A program made the position numbers and the translations under genes. From assembly GCA_965262715.1 (NCBI GenBank), contig OZ253553.1:2816001-2880000 (forward strand): a stretch of 64,000 nt of DNA. Direction: 5' to 3'. Below, one piece after another: positions 1 through 9,671 of this stretch; within the stretch, counting starts at the first letter, position 1; each line of letters starts with the position of its first letter. Source of the DNA: Bdellovibrionales bacterium (GTDB taxonomy: Bacteria > Bdellovibrionota > Bdellovibrionia > Bdellovibrionales > JAUICD01). The notes beneath the pieces were generated by a model. It was not told where the DNA came from. It saw only the letters and a program-made list of their open reading frames with translations, and ran no database searches.

Positions 1-1
1 T

Positions 2-2587
2 ATTAGAAGGTCACAAACTAAAAAACTCAATAAGGCAAATATCTACACTGTAGAACAACTTGCCTCTACTACACAAAATCATGGTTTAAATCCAGATACA
101 TTTGTAAGATTGCAATCACAAGCAAAACTGCAAACCTATAAAGCAAAAACAAATAAAGATAAATATGAAGTCATATCCTATGAAAAAGGCAAAGGCCTAG
201 AGCGTATACCTGCTCCAAATGAAGGTGATCTGTTTTTTGATATAGAAGGAGATCCTTTTTATCCAGATGGGCTAGAATATTTATTAGGTGTATGTACTTA
301 TAAAGAAAATAGCTTTAAACCTTTTTGGGGACATTGCCATAAAGAAGAAAAAGGATCTTTTTTAAAGTTTATGGCTTTCTTAGAAGATCACTTCCGTAAA
401 TATCCAAATGCTTATCTGTATCACTATAATCACTATGAAACAACAGCACTCAAACGCCTTGCTTGCCGGTATGCTGTCTGTGAACAACAACTTGATAATC
501 TTTTAAGAAAACAAAGGTTTATTGATCTGTATCTTGTGGTTCGTGAAAGTATACGTACATCACAACCAGGTTACTCTCTCAAAGATCTTGAAGCCTTTTA
601 TACAGAACAACGAGATGATTCTGTTACTACAGCCATCGAGAGCATCTTTGTTTATCATCAATGGCAAGAATTGCGTGATGATAAATTGCTAAAAGAAATT
701 GCTGATTATAATAAACAAGACTGTATATCTACTCATCTACTGAGAGACTGGCTTTTAAGCCTAAAAACTAACCTGTCCCCTTCTAAACAGACAGAATCTG
801 TACGTTTAGTAAAAGAAATTAAGGAATGGGAAATTGAATATGCAGATTTTCAAATAGCTCTGAGTAGAAATTCTTCAAAAAAAAATGAACATATCACTGA
901 CTTATTGGAATTTCACTATCGGGAAAGTAAACCGCAATGGTGGAGTCTTTTTGATAGACAAGATAAATTTGTATATGAATTGATCGAAGATCCAGAATGT
1001 CTTGGTGGATTAAAAGAAGTAAAAGATTTTCATGGAAAGAAATACCCTTCTGCTTCTACTTACAGGTTTCCACCACAAGACTATAAACTTAAAAAAGGTA
1101 GCAATATTGTTAATACATTTGATATACAATCTAAAGGGCGTATAATTGATTTAGATGATAATAATTGCATTGTAACAATTATAAAAACTAAAGGTGATTT
1201 TCCTAAAAGCTTTTCTATTGGTCCCTCAGGGCCTATAAATACCAATATCCTTCGTGAAGCTGTTTATCGATATGCAAGTCAAGCCATCAGAGGAGTAGAT
1301 CATCATCATGTTGCTACACAGCTACTTACAAATGCAATACCTAAAATAAAAGGAAAACAAAAAGGTCAATCTATTGTGTCTTCAAATGATCTGCAAACAG
1401 ATGTTTTGAAAGCTGTTATGAATCTAGATCATAGCTATTTATTTATTCAGGGACCACCCGGCACAGGCAAAACTTATACAAGTAGTCAAATTATCGTTGA
1501 TTTAATAAAAAGAGGTAAGAGAGTTGGAATCACTTCAAACTCGCATAAAGCTATTCATAATTTATTAAGATACATTGAAAAAATAGCTATAGAAAAAGGT
1601 GTGCATTTTAGAGGTGTTAAAAAAGCGAGCAATACTACAGGAGATAGTCATTTTAAAGATTCAAAGTTTATTGATAACAAAACCAATACTCAAAATATAT
1701 CAATGGAATATGACTTATATGCCGGTACGGCATGGCTTTTTTCTCATCCATATTTTGATAATTCACTGGATTATCTCTTTATTGATGAAGCAGGCCAAGT
1801 TTCTATCGCAAATGTTGTGGCAATGGCTGGTTGCTGTAAGAATTTGATTTTAGTCGGAGATCAAATGCAGCTAGGTCAGCCCATTCAAGGAATCCATCCA
1901 GGTCAATCAGGACTTTCTGTATTGGAGTTTCTACTTGGTGAAAATGCAACTGTTCCAAAAGAACAAGGTGTCCTTTTAGATAAAACATATAGATGTAAAC
2001 CTAGTATTTGTCAGTTCATTTCTAATACTTTCTATGATAGCCGCTTGATGGCCCACGAAAGCGCACAGCAACAAAGACTTGATCTTAAATCATCAAACTT
2101 GCCTAATGAAAGTATTGTAATGCTTGAGGTTCATCATGAAAATTGTCGTCAAAAAAGTGAAGAAGAAGGTCAGGTAGTAAAAGAAAAATATAATGAGCTT
2201 TTAGGTCAAACTTTTTATGATAAAAGTGGTCAAAAAAGATCTATTACGCAAGATGATATCCTTGTTATTAGCCCCTATAATGTTCAAGTAAATTACTTAA
2301 CTTCTTTGCTGCCAAAAGGAGTAAAAGTTGGAACTATTGATAAGTTTCAAGGACAAGAAGCACCTATTGTATTGATCTCAATGGTGACCTCTAGCATTGA
2401 AGATCTACCTCGACATATTGAGTTTCTCTATAGTAGAAATCGACTGAATGTAGCTATCTCTCGCGCTCAATGCCTAGCTGTGATCGTCATCAATCCAAAA
2501 CTGCTGGAAGTTCCCTGTCAAAATGTGCAACAAATGAAACTCATTAATACCTTTTGTCGCTTAAATGAATATGCTATCAAGCAATAA
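2..2587 (+). CDS. TM0106-family RecB-like nuclease / RNase H-like / SF1 helicase fusion, 5' end outside the window
   Basis: FFDIEGDP RNase H-like motif, Walker A QGPPGTGKT, DEAGQ, VGDQMQL, GTIDKFQGQE, RLNVAISRA; the frame of the 110 ORF is open back to position 2. Confidence 0.85.
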   Translation: MRRSQTKKLNKANIYTVEQLASTTQNHGLNPDTFVRLQSQAKLQTYKAKTNKDKYEVISYEKGKGLERIPAPNEGDLFFDIEGDPFYPDGLEYLLGVCTYKENSFKPFWGHCHKEEKGSFLKFMAFLEDHFRKYPNAYLYHYNHYETTALKRLACRYAVCEQQLDNLLRKQRFIDLYLVVRESIRTSQPGYSLKDLEAFYTEQRDDSVTTAIESIFVYHQWQELRDDKLLKEIADYNKQDCISTHLLRDWLLSLKTNLSPSKQTESVRLVKEIKEWEIEYADFQIALSRNSSKKNEHITDLLEFHYRESKPQWWSLFDRQDKFVYELIEDPECLGGLKEVKDFHGKKYPSASTYRFPPQDYKLKKGSNIVNTFDIQSKGRIIDLDDNNCIVTIIKTKGDFPKSFSIGPSGPINTNILREAVYRYASQAIRGVDHHHVATQLLTNAIPKIKGKQKGQSIVSSNDLQTDVLKAVMNLDHSYLFIQGPPGTGKTYTSSQIIVDLIKRGKRVGITSNSHKAIHNLLRYIEKIAIEKGVHFRGVKKASNTTGDSHFKDSKFIDNKTNTQNISMEYDLYAGTAWLFSHPYFDNSLDYLFIDEAGQVSIANVVAMAGCCKNLILVGDQMQLGQPIQGIHPGQSGLSVLEFLLGENATVPKEQGVLLDKTYRCKPSICQFISNTFYDSRLMAHESAQQQRLDLKSSNLPNESIVMLEVHHENCRQKSEEEGQVVKEKYNELLGQTFYDKSGQKRSITQDDILVISPYNVQVNYLTSLLPKGVKVGTIDKFQGQEAPIVLISMVTSSIEDLPRHIEFLYSRNRLNVAISRAQCLAVIVINPKLLEVPCQNVQQMKLINTFCRLNEYAIKQ

Positions 2588-2627
2588 CTGTCTTAAACTC
2601 TTATTGATTATATATTGAAATATCTTT

Positions 2628-2950
2628 CTTTAAAAAAACAAGCTTTCATGTCCGGATTTTAAGCATCAATATCCAACTCCTAAGACAAGTCTTCTCTTAA
2701 ATTCCCTTAAACCCTCTTAGAACTAACTTTTAACCAATATAAAGTTGGCATCGCTTTTGCTGTTATAAATAGGCCTGAAACTTATTGTTAATTATTAATG
2801 AATAAAAAAGTTTTCCTTAACATTGTATAAAAAAATGAAAAGATCCTCCTTACTAAAAATAAACATACTTTTGAGGCAGTCAGCATTTTCTTGAAGGTGC
2901 AAACCTTCAGGCTGACTGCCCAAAAGTGATCAGAGATCAGTTTATTTTTA
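2628..2950 (+). repeat. ~325-bp direct repeat, second copy at about 4031-4354
   Basis: Both begin ctttaaaaRaacaagctttcatgtccgga and run through a sigma54-like promoter, ATGAATAAAAAAG and one structured element; they flank the TA module. Confidence 0.9.
2745..2761 (+). promoter_or_regulatory. sigma54 -24/-12 promoter candidate
   Basis: TTGGCATCGCTTTTGCT, GG-N10-GC spacing; conserved in the duplicate. Confidence 0.6.
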
Positions 2951-2960
2951 GTGAAACAAT
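2811..2960 (+). repeat. structured ~150-bp dispersed element, copy A
   Basis: TTCCTTAACAT 5' end, stems CTAAAAATAAAC/GTTTATTTTTAG, GGCAGTCAGC/GCTGACTGCC, TGAAGGT-GCAA-ACCTTCA, TGATC-AGA-GATCA, 3' end GTGAAACAAT. Confidence 0.9.
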
Positions 2961-3174
2961 GCCTTCTGATTTACAATCCGTTTTTGGCTGGTCAGAGCGA
3001 TTAAAAGAGACTTTTGGTGCTGATAGTTTCAATTTTGGGCTAAATGTGGTAGATTTAAATCAGATATCTGATGAGGATATTAAAGATAAAGCTGGCGATA
3101 TAGCAAGTTTTTGTTTTGCATTCAAACATGTTTGGAATATGACACAAGCTAAGATCAGATCTGTGTTATTTTAA
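2961..3174 (+). pseudogene. Rpn-family (PD-(D/E)XK nuclease / putative transposase) internal fragment
   Basis: Near-identical to 4613-4820; NVVDLNQISDEDI motif; truncated at both ends. Confidence 0.7.
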
Positions 3175-3347
3175 TTAACTCTGTCATGTCAGATAAATTC
3201 TATCAAGTTTTAACAGCCCTTGCTAATTTTCTGCCGATAGTTTCTATGTTCATAAACTATACTCTTTCCAAAAAGCTTATGCTAACTAGCAAGTAGTTAC
3301 ACAACTTAAATTATAGGAACTTATTGGAGTAGTATTAAATTAAAAAA

Positions 3348-3686
3348 TTAGGATGGCCAATGAATTATCTTTCCTTGAGTTGGAGAAATTGGATTGTCTT
3401 GCCAATGCTTAAGAAATTTTTCTACGTATCTTTTTCCTTTATATTGAGGAATTGTAATCAATACAATGGCCATACTAGAAAACTTCGTCATTTCTTTATG
3501 TGCGGATTTAGCAAAGAGGGTGTCTCTTGTAAGAATACAAGTAAAATCTGCATGACTTGCAGTAGATAAGAGTTCACCATTTTGCAATTCATTCCAACCT
3601 TGTTCATATGCCGTTTTGCATTCAATGCCCATTGATTTTAATGAGGAAACTAACTGTTGAGGAAGGTTATGATCAAGCAGCCACAT
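3348..3686 (-). CDS. DUF5615 / PIN-like toxin of a type II TA pair
   Basis: MWLLDHNLP start, ILTRD motif, overlaps the stop of the upstream DUF433 gene. Confidence 0.8.
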   Translation of the reverse strand: MWLLDHNLPQQLVSSLKSMGIECKTAYEQGWNELQNGELLSTASHADFTCILTRDTLFAKSAHKEMTKFSSMAIVLITIPQYKGKRYVEKFLKHWQDNPISPTQGKIIHWPS

Positions 3687-3909
3687 GATTTGCAGCAAAC
3701 TTTAGAAGTTCTGGTACACTTTCTTTAGGAAAGCCAGGGTAATCTTCAGAAATTTCTTCAGATGTCATTCCGATAGAAAGACATTCTAAAACTTGAGAAA
3801 CAGATATTCTAGTTCCTTTGACTGTTGGTTTACCACCAAGTAAGTCAGGATGGCAAACAACCCATTTGTATTCTGGATATGTTTTTATTAATTGTGTATT
3901 TTGGTCCAT
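3673..3909 (-). CDS. DUF433 antitoxin
   Basis: PDLLGGKPTVKGTRISVSQVLE...EEISEDYP signature. Confidence 0.9.
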   Translation of the reverse strand: MDQNTQLIKTYPEYKWVVCHPDLLGGKPTVKGTRISVSQVLECLSIGMTSEEISEDYPGFPKESVPELLKFAANHVAA

Positions 3910-4147
3910 AGTTTATTCCATTTAGCTTTATTCATTACTTATAAGAGTACTAAAAAAAATGTGCTTTGTCAAAACCTAAAAACAATCAGAGACTTGTTTC
4001 GAGAGGGGGGGTTGTTTTTAGCCAAGCAATCTTTAAAAGAACAAGCTTTCATGTCCGGACTTTAAGCTTGACTGTCCAACTCTTAAGATAAAGTTTCTGT
4101 TAAATTTCCTTAAACTCTCTTAGAACCAACTTTTAATCAGTATAAAG

Positions 4148-4164
4148 TTGGCATTGCTTTTGCT
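4148..4164 (+). promoter_or_regulatory. sigma54 -24/-12 promoter candidate (duplicate)
   Basis: TTGGCATTGCTTTTGCT. Confidence 0.6.
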
Positions 4165-4212
4165 ATTATAAATAGGCCTGAAACTTATTGTTAATTATTA
4201 ATGAATAAAAAA

Positions 4213-4363
4213 GATTTCCTTAACATTGTATAAAAAAATGAAAAGATCCTCCTTACTAAAAATAAACATACTTTTGAGGCAGTCAGCATTTTCTTGAAGG
4301 TGCAAACCTTCAGGCTGACTGCCCAAAAGTGATCAGAGATCAGTTTATTTTTAGGGAAACAAC
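4213..4363 (+). repeat. structured element, copy B
   Basis: Nearly identical to copy A; ends TTTTAGGGAAACAAC. Confidence 0.9.
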
Positions 4364-4446
4364 TAAATTAGCCTTTAAAAATAAAGATCGTTTTAGAAAG
4401 CTTTTAAAATTTGTATTAGGTTCTAAAAAGTAGAAAACTTAAAAAA

Positions 4447-4612
4447 GATTTCCTTAACATTGTATAAAAAAATGAAGAGATCCTCTTTACTAAAAATAAA
4501 CGGATTTTCTAGGCAATGACCTATTTGCTGATGGCGTAAGACCATCAGGGTCATTGCCAGAAAACTGCCAGAGGCTCGCCTCGAGAGGCAGGTTTACTTT
4601 TAGTGAAACAAT
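4447..4612 (+). repeat. structured element, copy C (variant with extended side hairpin)
   Basis: GGCAATGACC/GGTCATTGCC, TGATGG/CCATCA, GAGGCTCGCCTCGAGAGG insert. Confidence 0.9.
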
Positions 4613-5156
4613 ATCCTCTGATTTACAATCCGCTTTTGGTTGGTCAGAGCGATTAAAAGAGATTTTTGGTGCTGATAGTTTCAATTTTGGGCTAAATGTG
4701 GTAGATTTAAATCAGATATCCGATGAGGATATTAAAGATAAAGCTGGCGATATAGCAAGTTTTTGTTTTGCATTCAAACATGTTTGGAATATGACACAAG
4801 CTAAGATCAGATCTGTGTTTGAGATGTGTTATCAAGATGGTAAGGATCCAAACTATCATGAGAATGCTGATATTTTAGGTAGATATATGCTTCAAGCTAC
4901 AAATTACCGAAGAGAGGAATTTGTAAAGATTGAAAATGAAGTTATTAAAGGTAAGGAGGATCAAATGATGAAAAGTACTTACGATCAATTGATTGATGAA
5001 GGGATGGAGAAAGGAATAGAAAAAGGGATGGAGAAAGGAATAGAGAAAGAGAAGGCAGAAGTAGCTTTGCGAATGTTAGAGCAAAATATGGAATTGCAAC
5101 TTATAGCCCAAACAACAAATCTTTCAATCCAACAACTTCAAAAACTTAGAAAGTGA
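4613..5156 (+). pseudogene. Rpn-family protein, C-terminal half; nuclease N-terminus disrupted by element copies B and C
   Basis: EGMEKGIEKG repeats and VALRMLEQNMELQLIAQTTNLS tail; remnant KLAFKNKDRFRKLLKFVL between copies B and C resembles an Rpn N-terminus. Confidence 0.8.
4965..5156 (+). CDS. putative small C-terminal Rpn protein (RpnS-type, 63 aa) from an internal start
   Basis: AAGGAGGA Shine-Dalgarno just upstream of ATGATG (MMKSTYDQL). Confidence 0.6.
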   Translation: MMKSTYDQLIDEGMEKGIEKGMEKGIEKEKAEVALRMLEQNMELQLIAQTTNLSIQQLQKLRK

Positions 5157-5170
5157 TTTTTTAAGATACA

Positions 5171-5605
5171 GGCGATATAGCAAGTTTTTGTTTTGCATTC
5201 AAACATGTTTGGAATATGACACAAGCTAAGATCAGATCTGTGTTTGAGATGTGTTATAAAGATGGTAAGGATCCAAACTATCACGAGAATGCTAGTATTT
5301 TAGGAAGATATATGCTTCAAGCTACAAATTACCCAAGAGAGGAATTTGTAAAGATTGAAAATGAAGTTATTAAAAGTAAGGAGGATCAAATGATGAAAAG
5401 TACTTACGATCGATTGATTGATGAAGGGATAGAAAAAGGAATGGAGAAAGGAATAGAAAAAGGAATGGAGAAAGGGATAGAAAAAGGAATAGAAAAAGGG
5501 AAAACAGAAGTAGCTTTGCGAATGTTAGAGCAAAATATGGAATTGCAACTTATAGCCCAAACAACAAACCTTTCAATCCAACAACTTCAAAGACTTAGAA
5601 AGTGA
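5171..5605 (+). pseudogene. tandem duplicate of the Rpn C-terminal region (copy of about 4746-5160)
   Basis: Near-identical DNA with more EKG[IM] repeats; internal SD plus ATG at 5390 retained. Confidence 0.8.
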
Positions 5606-6015
5606 TTTTTATAGAGTTTAGAGTGCAAGTGGTCTCAAGATGGTCGAGCAAGTGAGATAATAGACAAACTTACCCATAACTCCAACTATGTATCTATATT
5701 TATTACACATTTTCTTAACATTCCAGCAGAAAATTCTGGAGTTCTATGGAAACTTTATATCGATCTTAAGCTTTCAACTCGTGATATTGAGAAACTCACT
5801 CAATTTTCATGGTCAAAAGCCTCTATTTTAGAGGCTTTAAAAAAGCACAAAATCAAAAAAAATGTTTATACATCTACTTTTAAAAAAGGAAGAAAAAATG
5901 GAAACACTCATTAAAATCATTATAGCAATATCATTGCTGCTTGGATCAGGTTATTGTGCTAAAGAGATTTTATTCAATGTTGAAAAATTAACCACGGAGA
6001 GGTGAGGTGTACCCT

Positions 6016-6969
6016 TTATTTGGAGGATCCGTTCCATATTTTACTCACTTCTGAGATTCCCATTGTTGTTAATTCTCCTGTTTTCCATTTAGCTTCAAAT
6101 TCATTAGGTGATAAGTAACCTAATGAAGAATGTCGCCTTTTTTTATTATACATACCTTCGATAAACTTTGGAATACTTCTTAATACATCTTCAAAAGTTT
6201 TATACTCACACAGATGAACTTCTTCTCTTTTTAAAGAGCTAAAGAAAGATTCAACAAATGCATTATCCCAACAATTGGCTTTTCTCGACATGCTGATCTT
6301 AAAGCCTTTTTCTTTAAGCTTGTGGGTATAATCCTTACTGGTGTATTGGACACCTTGATCACTATGATGAATACATCCTTTAGCATTTGATCTCTGCTCT
6401 AAACTCATCTCTAAAGCTCCTAAACAAAGCTCTATGTTGATCTCTCTAGAAATAGCCCACCCTACAATCTTCCTTGAAAAAATATCTAAAATCACTGCTA
6501 AAAAAACAAAACCATCTTGAATCCTAATGTATGTGATATCTGTTACCCAAAGCTGGTTGGGTCTATTCACTTCAATGCCAAAAGTTAAATTCGGATAAAC
6601 TCGATTTGAATGTTTAGAATCCGTGGTTGAAACCTTAAAACCTTTGTAAATCAAAGCCTTTAAACCGTATTTCCGCATAATGCGAGCAATCCTCTTGTGG
6701 TTGGCTTTAATACTCTTCTCTTGCTCAAGTTCCAATTGAATACGACGTATTCCATACATCGGGTATTTACACTGTATCCTCTCAATCTGCTCTTTCAAAT
6801 CAAAATCCTTTTGCTCTCGCTCTTGCTGCGAAAACTTCTTCTTGTAATAGTAGCTGCTTAAAGGTAATCCTAACGCTTTACACGTTTTTGAAATTGATCC
6901 AAATTCTTTCCAGTGATTACCGACGATCTCACGCTTTTCCTCTGCTGAAGCTCCTTTTTGGCCTTTTTT
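6016..6969 (-). CDS. IS3 OrfB, DDE integrase core, reached by -1 frameshift
   Basis: WVTDITY, HSDQGVQY, WDNAFVESFF; frame open upstream of 6798 (CKALGLPLSSYYY); AAAAAAG slippery site at 6969-6963. Confidence 0.88.
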   Translation of the reverse strand, partial: KKGQKGASAEEKREIVGNHWKEFGSISKTCKALGLPLSSYYYKKKFSQQEREQKDFDLKEQIERIQCKYPMYGIRRIQLELEQEKSIKANHKRIARIMRKYGLKALIYKGFKVSTTDSKHSNRVYPNLTFGIEVNRPNQLWVTDITYIRIQDGFVFLAVILDIFSRKIVGWAISREINIELCLGALEMSLEQRSNAKGCIHHSDQGVQYTSKDYTHKLKEKGFKISMSRKANCWDNAFVESFFSSLKREEVHLCEYKTFEDVLRSIPKFIEGMYNKKRRHSSLGYLSPNEFEAKWKTGELTTMGISEVSKIWNGSSK

Positions 6970-7220
6970 AAAAACTCGTTCTCTAGGCTCAGCTGTCCTA
7001 CCTTTGCCTGAAGAGCATATGCTTGTCTCTCTAGAGACCTCTCCCTTGATGAAGGGTTTCCCAAAGGTGTCCCTTGTTGATACTTCTTAAACCACTCTAA
7101 GATTGTCTGGCGATGAAGTTGATGCTCCCGGCAAATCTCTAACAAAGATCTGCCTTCATGCATCGATTTACAAATAGCTTCCTTAAATTCAACATTAAAT
7201 CGTCTTCTTACTTTGCCCAT
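6870..7220 (-). CDS. IS3 OrfA (HTH)
   Basis: RRRFNVEFK...ENEFLKKA pattern. Confidence 0.88.
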   Translation of the reverse strand: MGKVRRRFNVEFKEAICKSMHEGRSLLEICREHQLHRQTILEWFKKYQQGTPLGNPSSRERSLERQAYALQAKVGQLSLENEFLKKAKKELQQRKSVRSSVITGKNLDQFQKRVKR

Positions 7221-7314
7221 GATCTTCCTCCTGATCTTATAGCTTTTTATAGCTAAAATTCAGGAATCTCAAGTGAGTTACTTTATCACTTAACTCTCCA
7301 GTTTATGGGGTACA

Positions 7315-7928
7315 GACCACAAACGTTTAAAACTCTTTCTGAAAGTTATCAAAGAAGAATTGAGAAACTCAAATTAGAAAACGAAAAGCTAGCCCATCTC
7401 ATAGCTAAAAATCCTTTAGCTGAGAAATTAGATAGTTTACTTTCTAAGATTAAAGATAATGAAGATCATCTCTCTCAATTAGAAGCTAAAAAGCAAGAAT
7501 TAGAAATAGGTTTACTCAACAAGATTACAAGTAAGAATATAGATTCTAACTTTATCTTGTCTGGTATTAAAAAGTTTCGCCAAGATAGTTTTCGTAAAGC
7601 CAAAGTTTCCAAGAAACGATCTATCATTCAAGAAGTTATCAAAGCTATTCATGTTCATCCAGAAAATGTCATTCAAGTTGATTTTTGGGGAAATGAACAC
7701 CAATCTAGAACCTCTAGAAAAAATTCCTTTCAGCCGGGAGTTGTATTACCTTTTCGTAAAATCGCAGGGCCTCTTGAAGCATCTTTCCATCAAAACAACT
7801 ATAAAAAAGATCGGTTTTCAGATATAAAAAAGGCTGCTGGACTTGGAACTTATGCCTTATGCCATAACGAAAATTTAATGGCCTTAGGTTCGTCCAATAT
7901 CAGAGATGGTCGGCACGACTGGATTTGA
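7315..7928 (+). pseudogene. C-terminal fragment of a large serine recombinase-like integrase, cut by IS3
   Basis: Coiled coil followed by KRSIIQEVIKAIHV; the reading frame ends inside the tRNA 3' end. Confidence 0.55.
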
Positions 7929-8093
7929 ACCAGCAAATCTCTTCCTCAAAATGGTCTCGCAAGCGACTTTCTGATTGTTAGCCAAGTGGGTTTTTATACA
8001 CCCTCTTTAAAAAGCTAACAATCTAGAAAGCATGACCATTTTGAGTATTTTATTATCATACGGATGTACGCTACCAAGCTGCGCCACGTGCCG
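7907..8093 (-). tRNA. tRNA-Pro-like gene interrupted by a 125-nt insert; anticodon absent (pseudo or split tRNA)
   Basis: 5' part CGGCACGTGGCGCAGCTTGGTAGCGTACATCCGT (8093-8060); 3' part GCTGGTTCAAATCCAGTCGTGCCGACCA (7934-7907); acceptor stem CGGCACG/CGTGCCG as in tRNA-Pro(GGG). Confidence 0.85.
7935..8059 (-). repeat. structured element, divergent copy D inside the tRNA
   Basis: CTCAAAATGGTC/GACCATTTTGAG and TTTCT-A-GATTGTTAGC/GCTAACAATC-AGAAA; same architecture as the other copies. Confidence 0.75.
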
Positions 8094-8101
8094 ATAACAT
8101 T

Positions 8102-9580
8102 CTAATCTTTTGATGTGTCTTTTACTCTCTGAGACTTATTATTAACTATTCTATCTATTTTAATAACTTGTTTTGCTCTTGCTATAGCTAAACTATTTGG
8201 AGGAACATCGTCTGTAATAGTAGATCCACTGCCTATAACAGATCCTTTACCTACCTTTATTGGAGCTATAAGTTGTACATCGCTACCTACAAAAACATTA
8301 TCTTCTATAAGAGTTTTATATTTTTTATGATCTTCCCGGTAATTGCAAGTGATTGTTCCGCAACCTATATTAACATTTGATCCTATTTCAACGTCACCTA
8401 AATAACTCAAATGAGAAGCTTTCACATGATCTGCAAAAATAGCTTTTTTTGTTTCTACAAAATTGCCTACTTTACAATGGTTTCCAATATGAGTTTCAGG
8501 TCGCAATCTAGCATAAGGACCAATCAAACTATGAGATTCAACAATAGCATTTTCCAAATAACTTCCTGCTTTGATTTTGACATAACAACCTATCTTAGAA
8601 TCACGAATAATAGAATTAGGCTCAACCTCACAGCCTTCAGCTATTTGGGAACCTCCTAAGATATAAGTGTTTGGATAAATAGTAGCTGTTGGCTTGATAT
8701 CAACATCATCTTCAATATAAGTACTTTCAGGATCAATAATCACCACACCCCTATCCATAAGTTGCATGGCCTTTTTATAAAACACTTTTTTTGTAGTTAC
8801 TGCAAGCTCTTGTTGCGATTCAATTGGATAAGAAATATCTTCGTTCAAAGAGAGATAAGAGGCTTTTTCTGGATTTTTTTGCAAAAACTTAAAAAATATA
8901 CCCGCTAAATAGCTTGTTAAATCATCTGCTTTATATGAATGAGATAGTGAAAATATATTATTAACAATTGTTTTTTTAAAGATATAAATATTCGATCTGA
9001 GCTTTTTAGAAAAACTGCTAAGCTTGTCACTCTTCGCTGCTTCTTCAATCTGATGCTTTAAGCCTGAGTTTTGAGTAGGTGCGGCTATTGTTAAATCCTT
9101 AGCAGACTTCTGAAAGCTTTTTATGATAGATATCAAATCATTGGTTTGTAGAAGAAAACTATCTGCACTCACAAATAAAATGATTTGACTATCACATTTG
9201 GTCGTTAATTCTGACTTTATGCTATCTACTACATTTTTTAAATGACTTTGTTGAGTATAAGAAACAAGGTATGATGATAAAGACTCTTTTATTTGTGAAT
9301 ATGTATCTTTTGTAGTGACAACATTTATATCTAAGTCAGTAGGTAGCTCCTGTTGGTCTGACAATCCTCTTAAAGCTTTGACAACCCTCAGGATCATTGG
9401 AATACCTGCAACAGGATGCATGTATTTTGAAAGAGGAGAATGCATGTTAGTATCCTGATCAAATGCTAATATAAATGCGGTAAGCTTTGTTTTTGAAAAA
9501 GAATTTGATGTTTTCATTGTGATTTTCCATCTATTTTTGGGTTTGTGCTTGTTTGTTGTATGGTAATCTATTATTTTCAT
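8102..9580 (-). CDS. glmU: GlmU-like protein; acetyltransferase domain intact, uridyltransferase motif degenerate
   Basis: IGPYARLRP, VGNFVETK, HLSYLGD, GCGTITCNY; N-terminal ILAFDQDTNM instead of ILAAGxGTRM. Confidence 0.88.
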   Translation of the reverse strand: MKIIDYHTTNKHKPKNRWKITMKTSNSFSKTKLTAFILAFDQDTNMHSPLSKYMHPVAGIPMILRVVKALRGLSDQQELPTDLDINVVTTKDTYSQIKESLSSYLVSYTQQSHLKNVVDSIKSELTTKCDSQIILFVSADSFLLQTNDLISIIKSFQKSAKDLTIAAPTQNSGLKHQIEEAAKSDKLSSFSKKLRSNIYIFKKTIVNNIFSLSHSYKADDLTSYLAGIFFKFLQKNPEKASYLSLNEDISYPIESQQELAVTTKKVFYKKAMQLMDRGVVIIDPESTYIEDDVDIKPTATIYPNTYILGGSQIAEGCEVEPNSIIRDSKIGCYVKIKAGSYLENAIVESHSLIGPYARLRPETHIGNHCKVGNFVETKKAIFADHVKASHLSYLGDVEIGSNVNIGCGTITCNYREDHKKYKTLIEDNVFVGSDVQLIAPIKVGKGSVIGSGSTITDDVPPNSLAIARAKQVIKIDRIVNNKSQRVKDTSKD

Positions 9581-9671
9581 AAAGGAAATGTATTTTTGAA
9601 AACTCTTTTAAATAAGACAAACTTTAGAATAAACAGTCAATTTTTATAGATTTTTACTATGGGGGTTCTAC

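Larger units (their letters stand above)
6008..7314 (-). mobile_element. IS3-family insertion sequence, 1307 bp
   Basis: Imperfect IRs TGTACCCTTTATTTGGAG / CTCCAGTTTATGGGGTACA; orfA/orfB; no target duplication seen. Confidence 0.92.

Noticed and set aside
7935..8059. Group I intron in the tRNA anticodon loop
   Set aside because: Only 125 nt, no catalytic core or terminal G, and removal would not restore an anticodon
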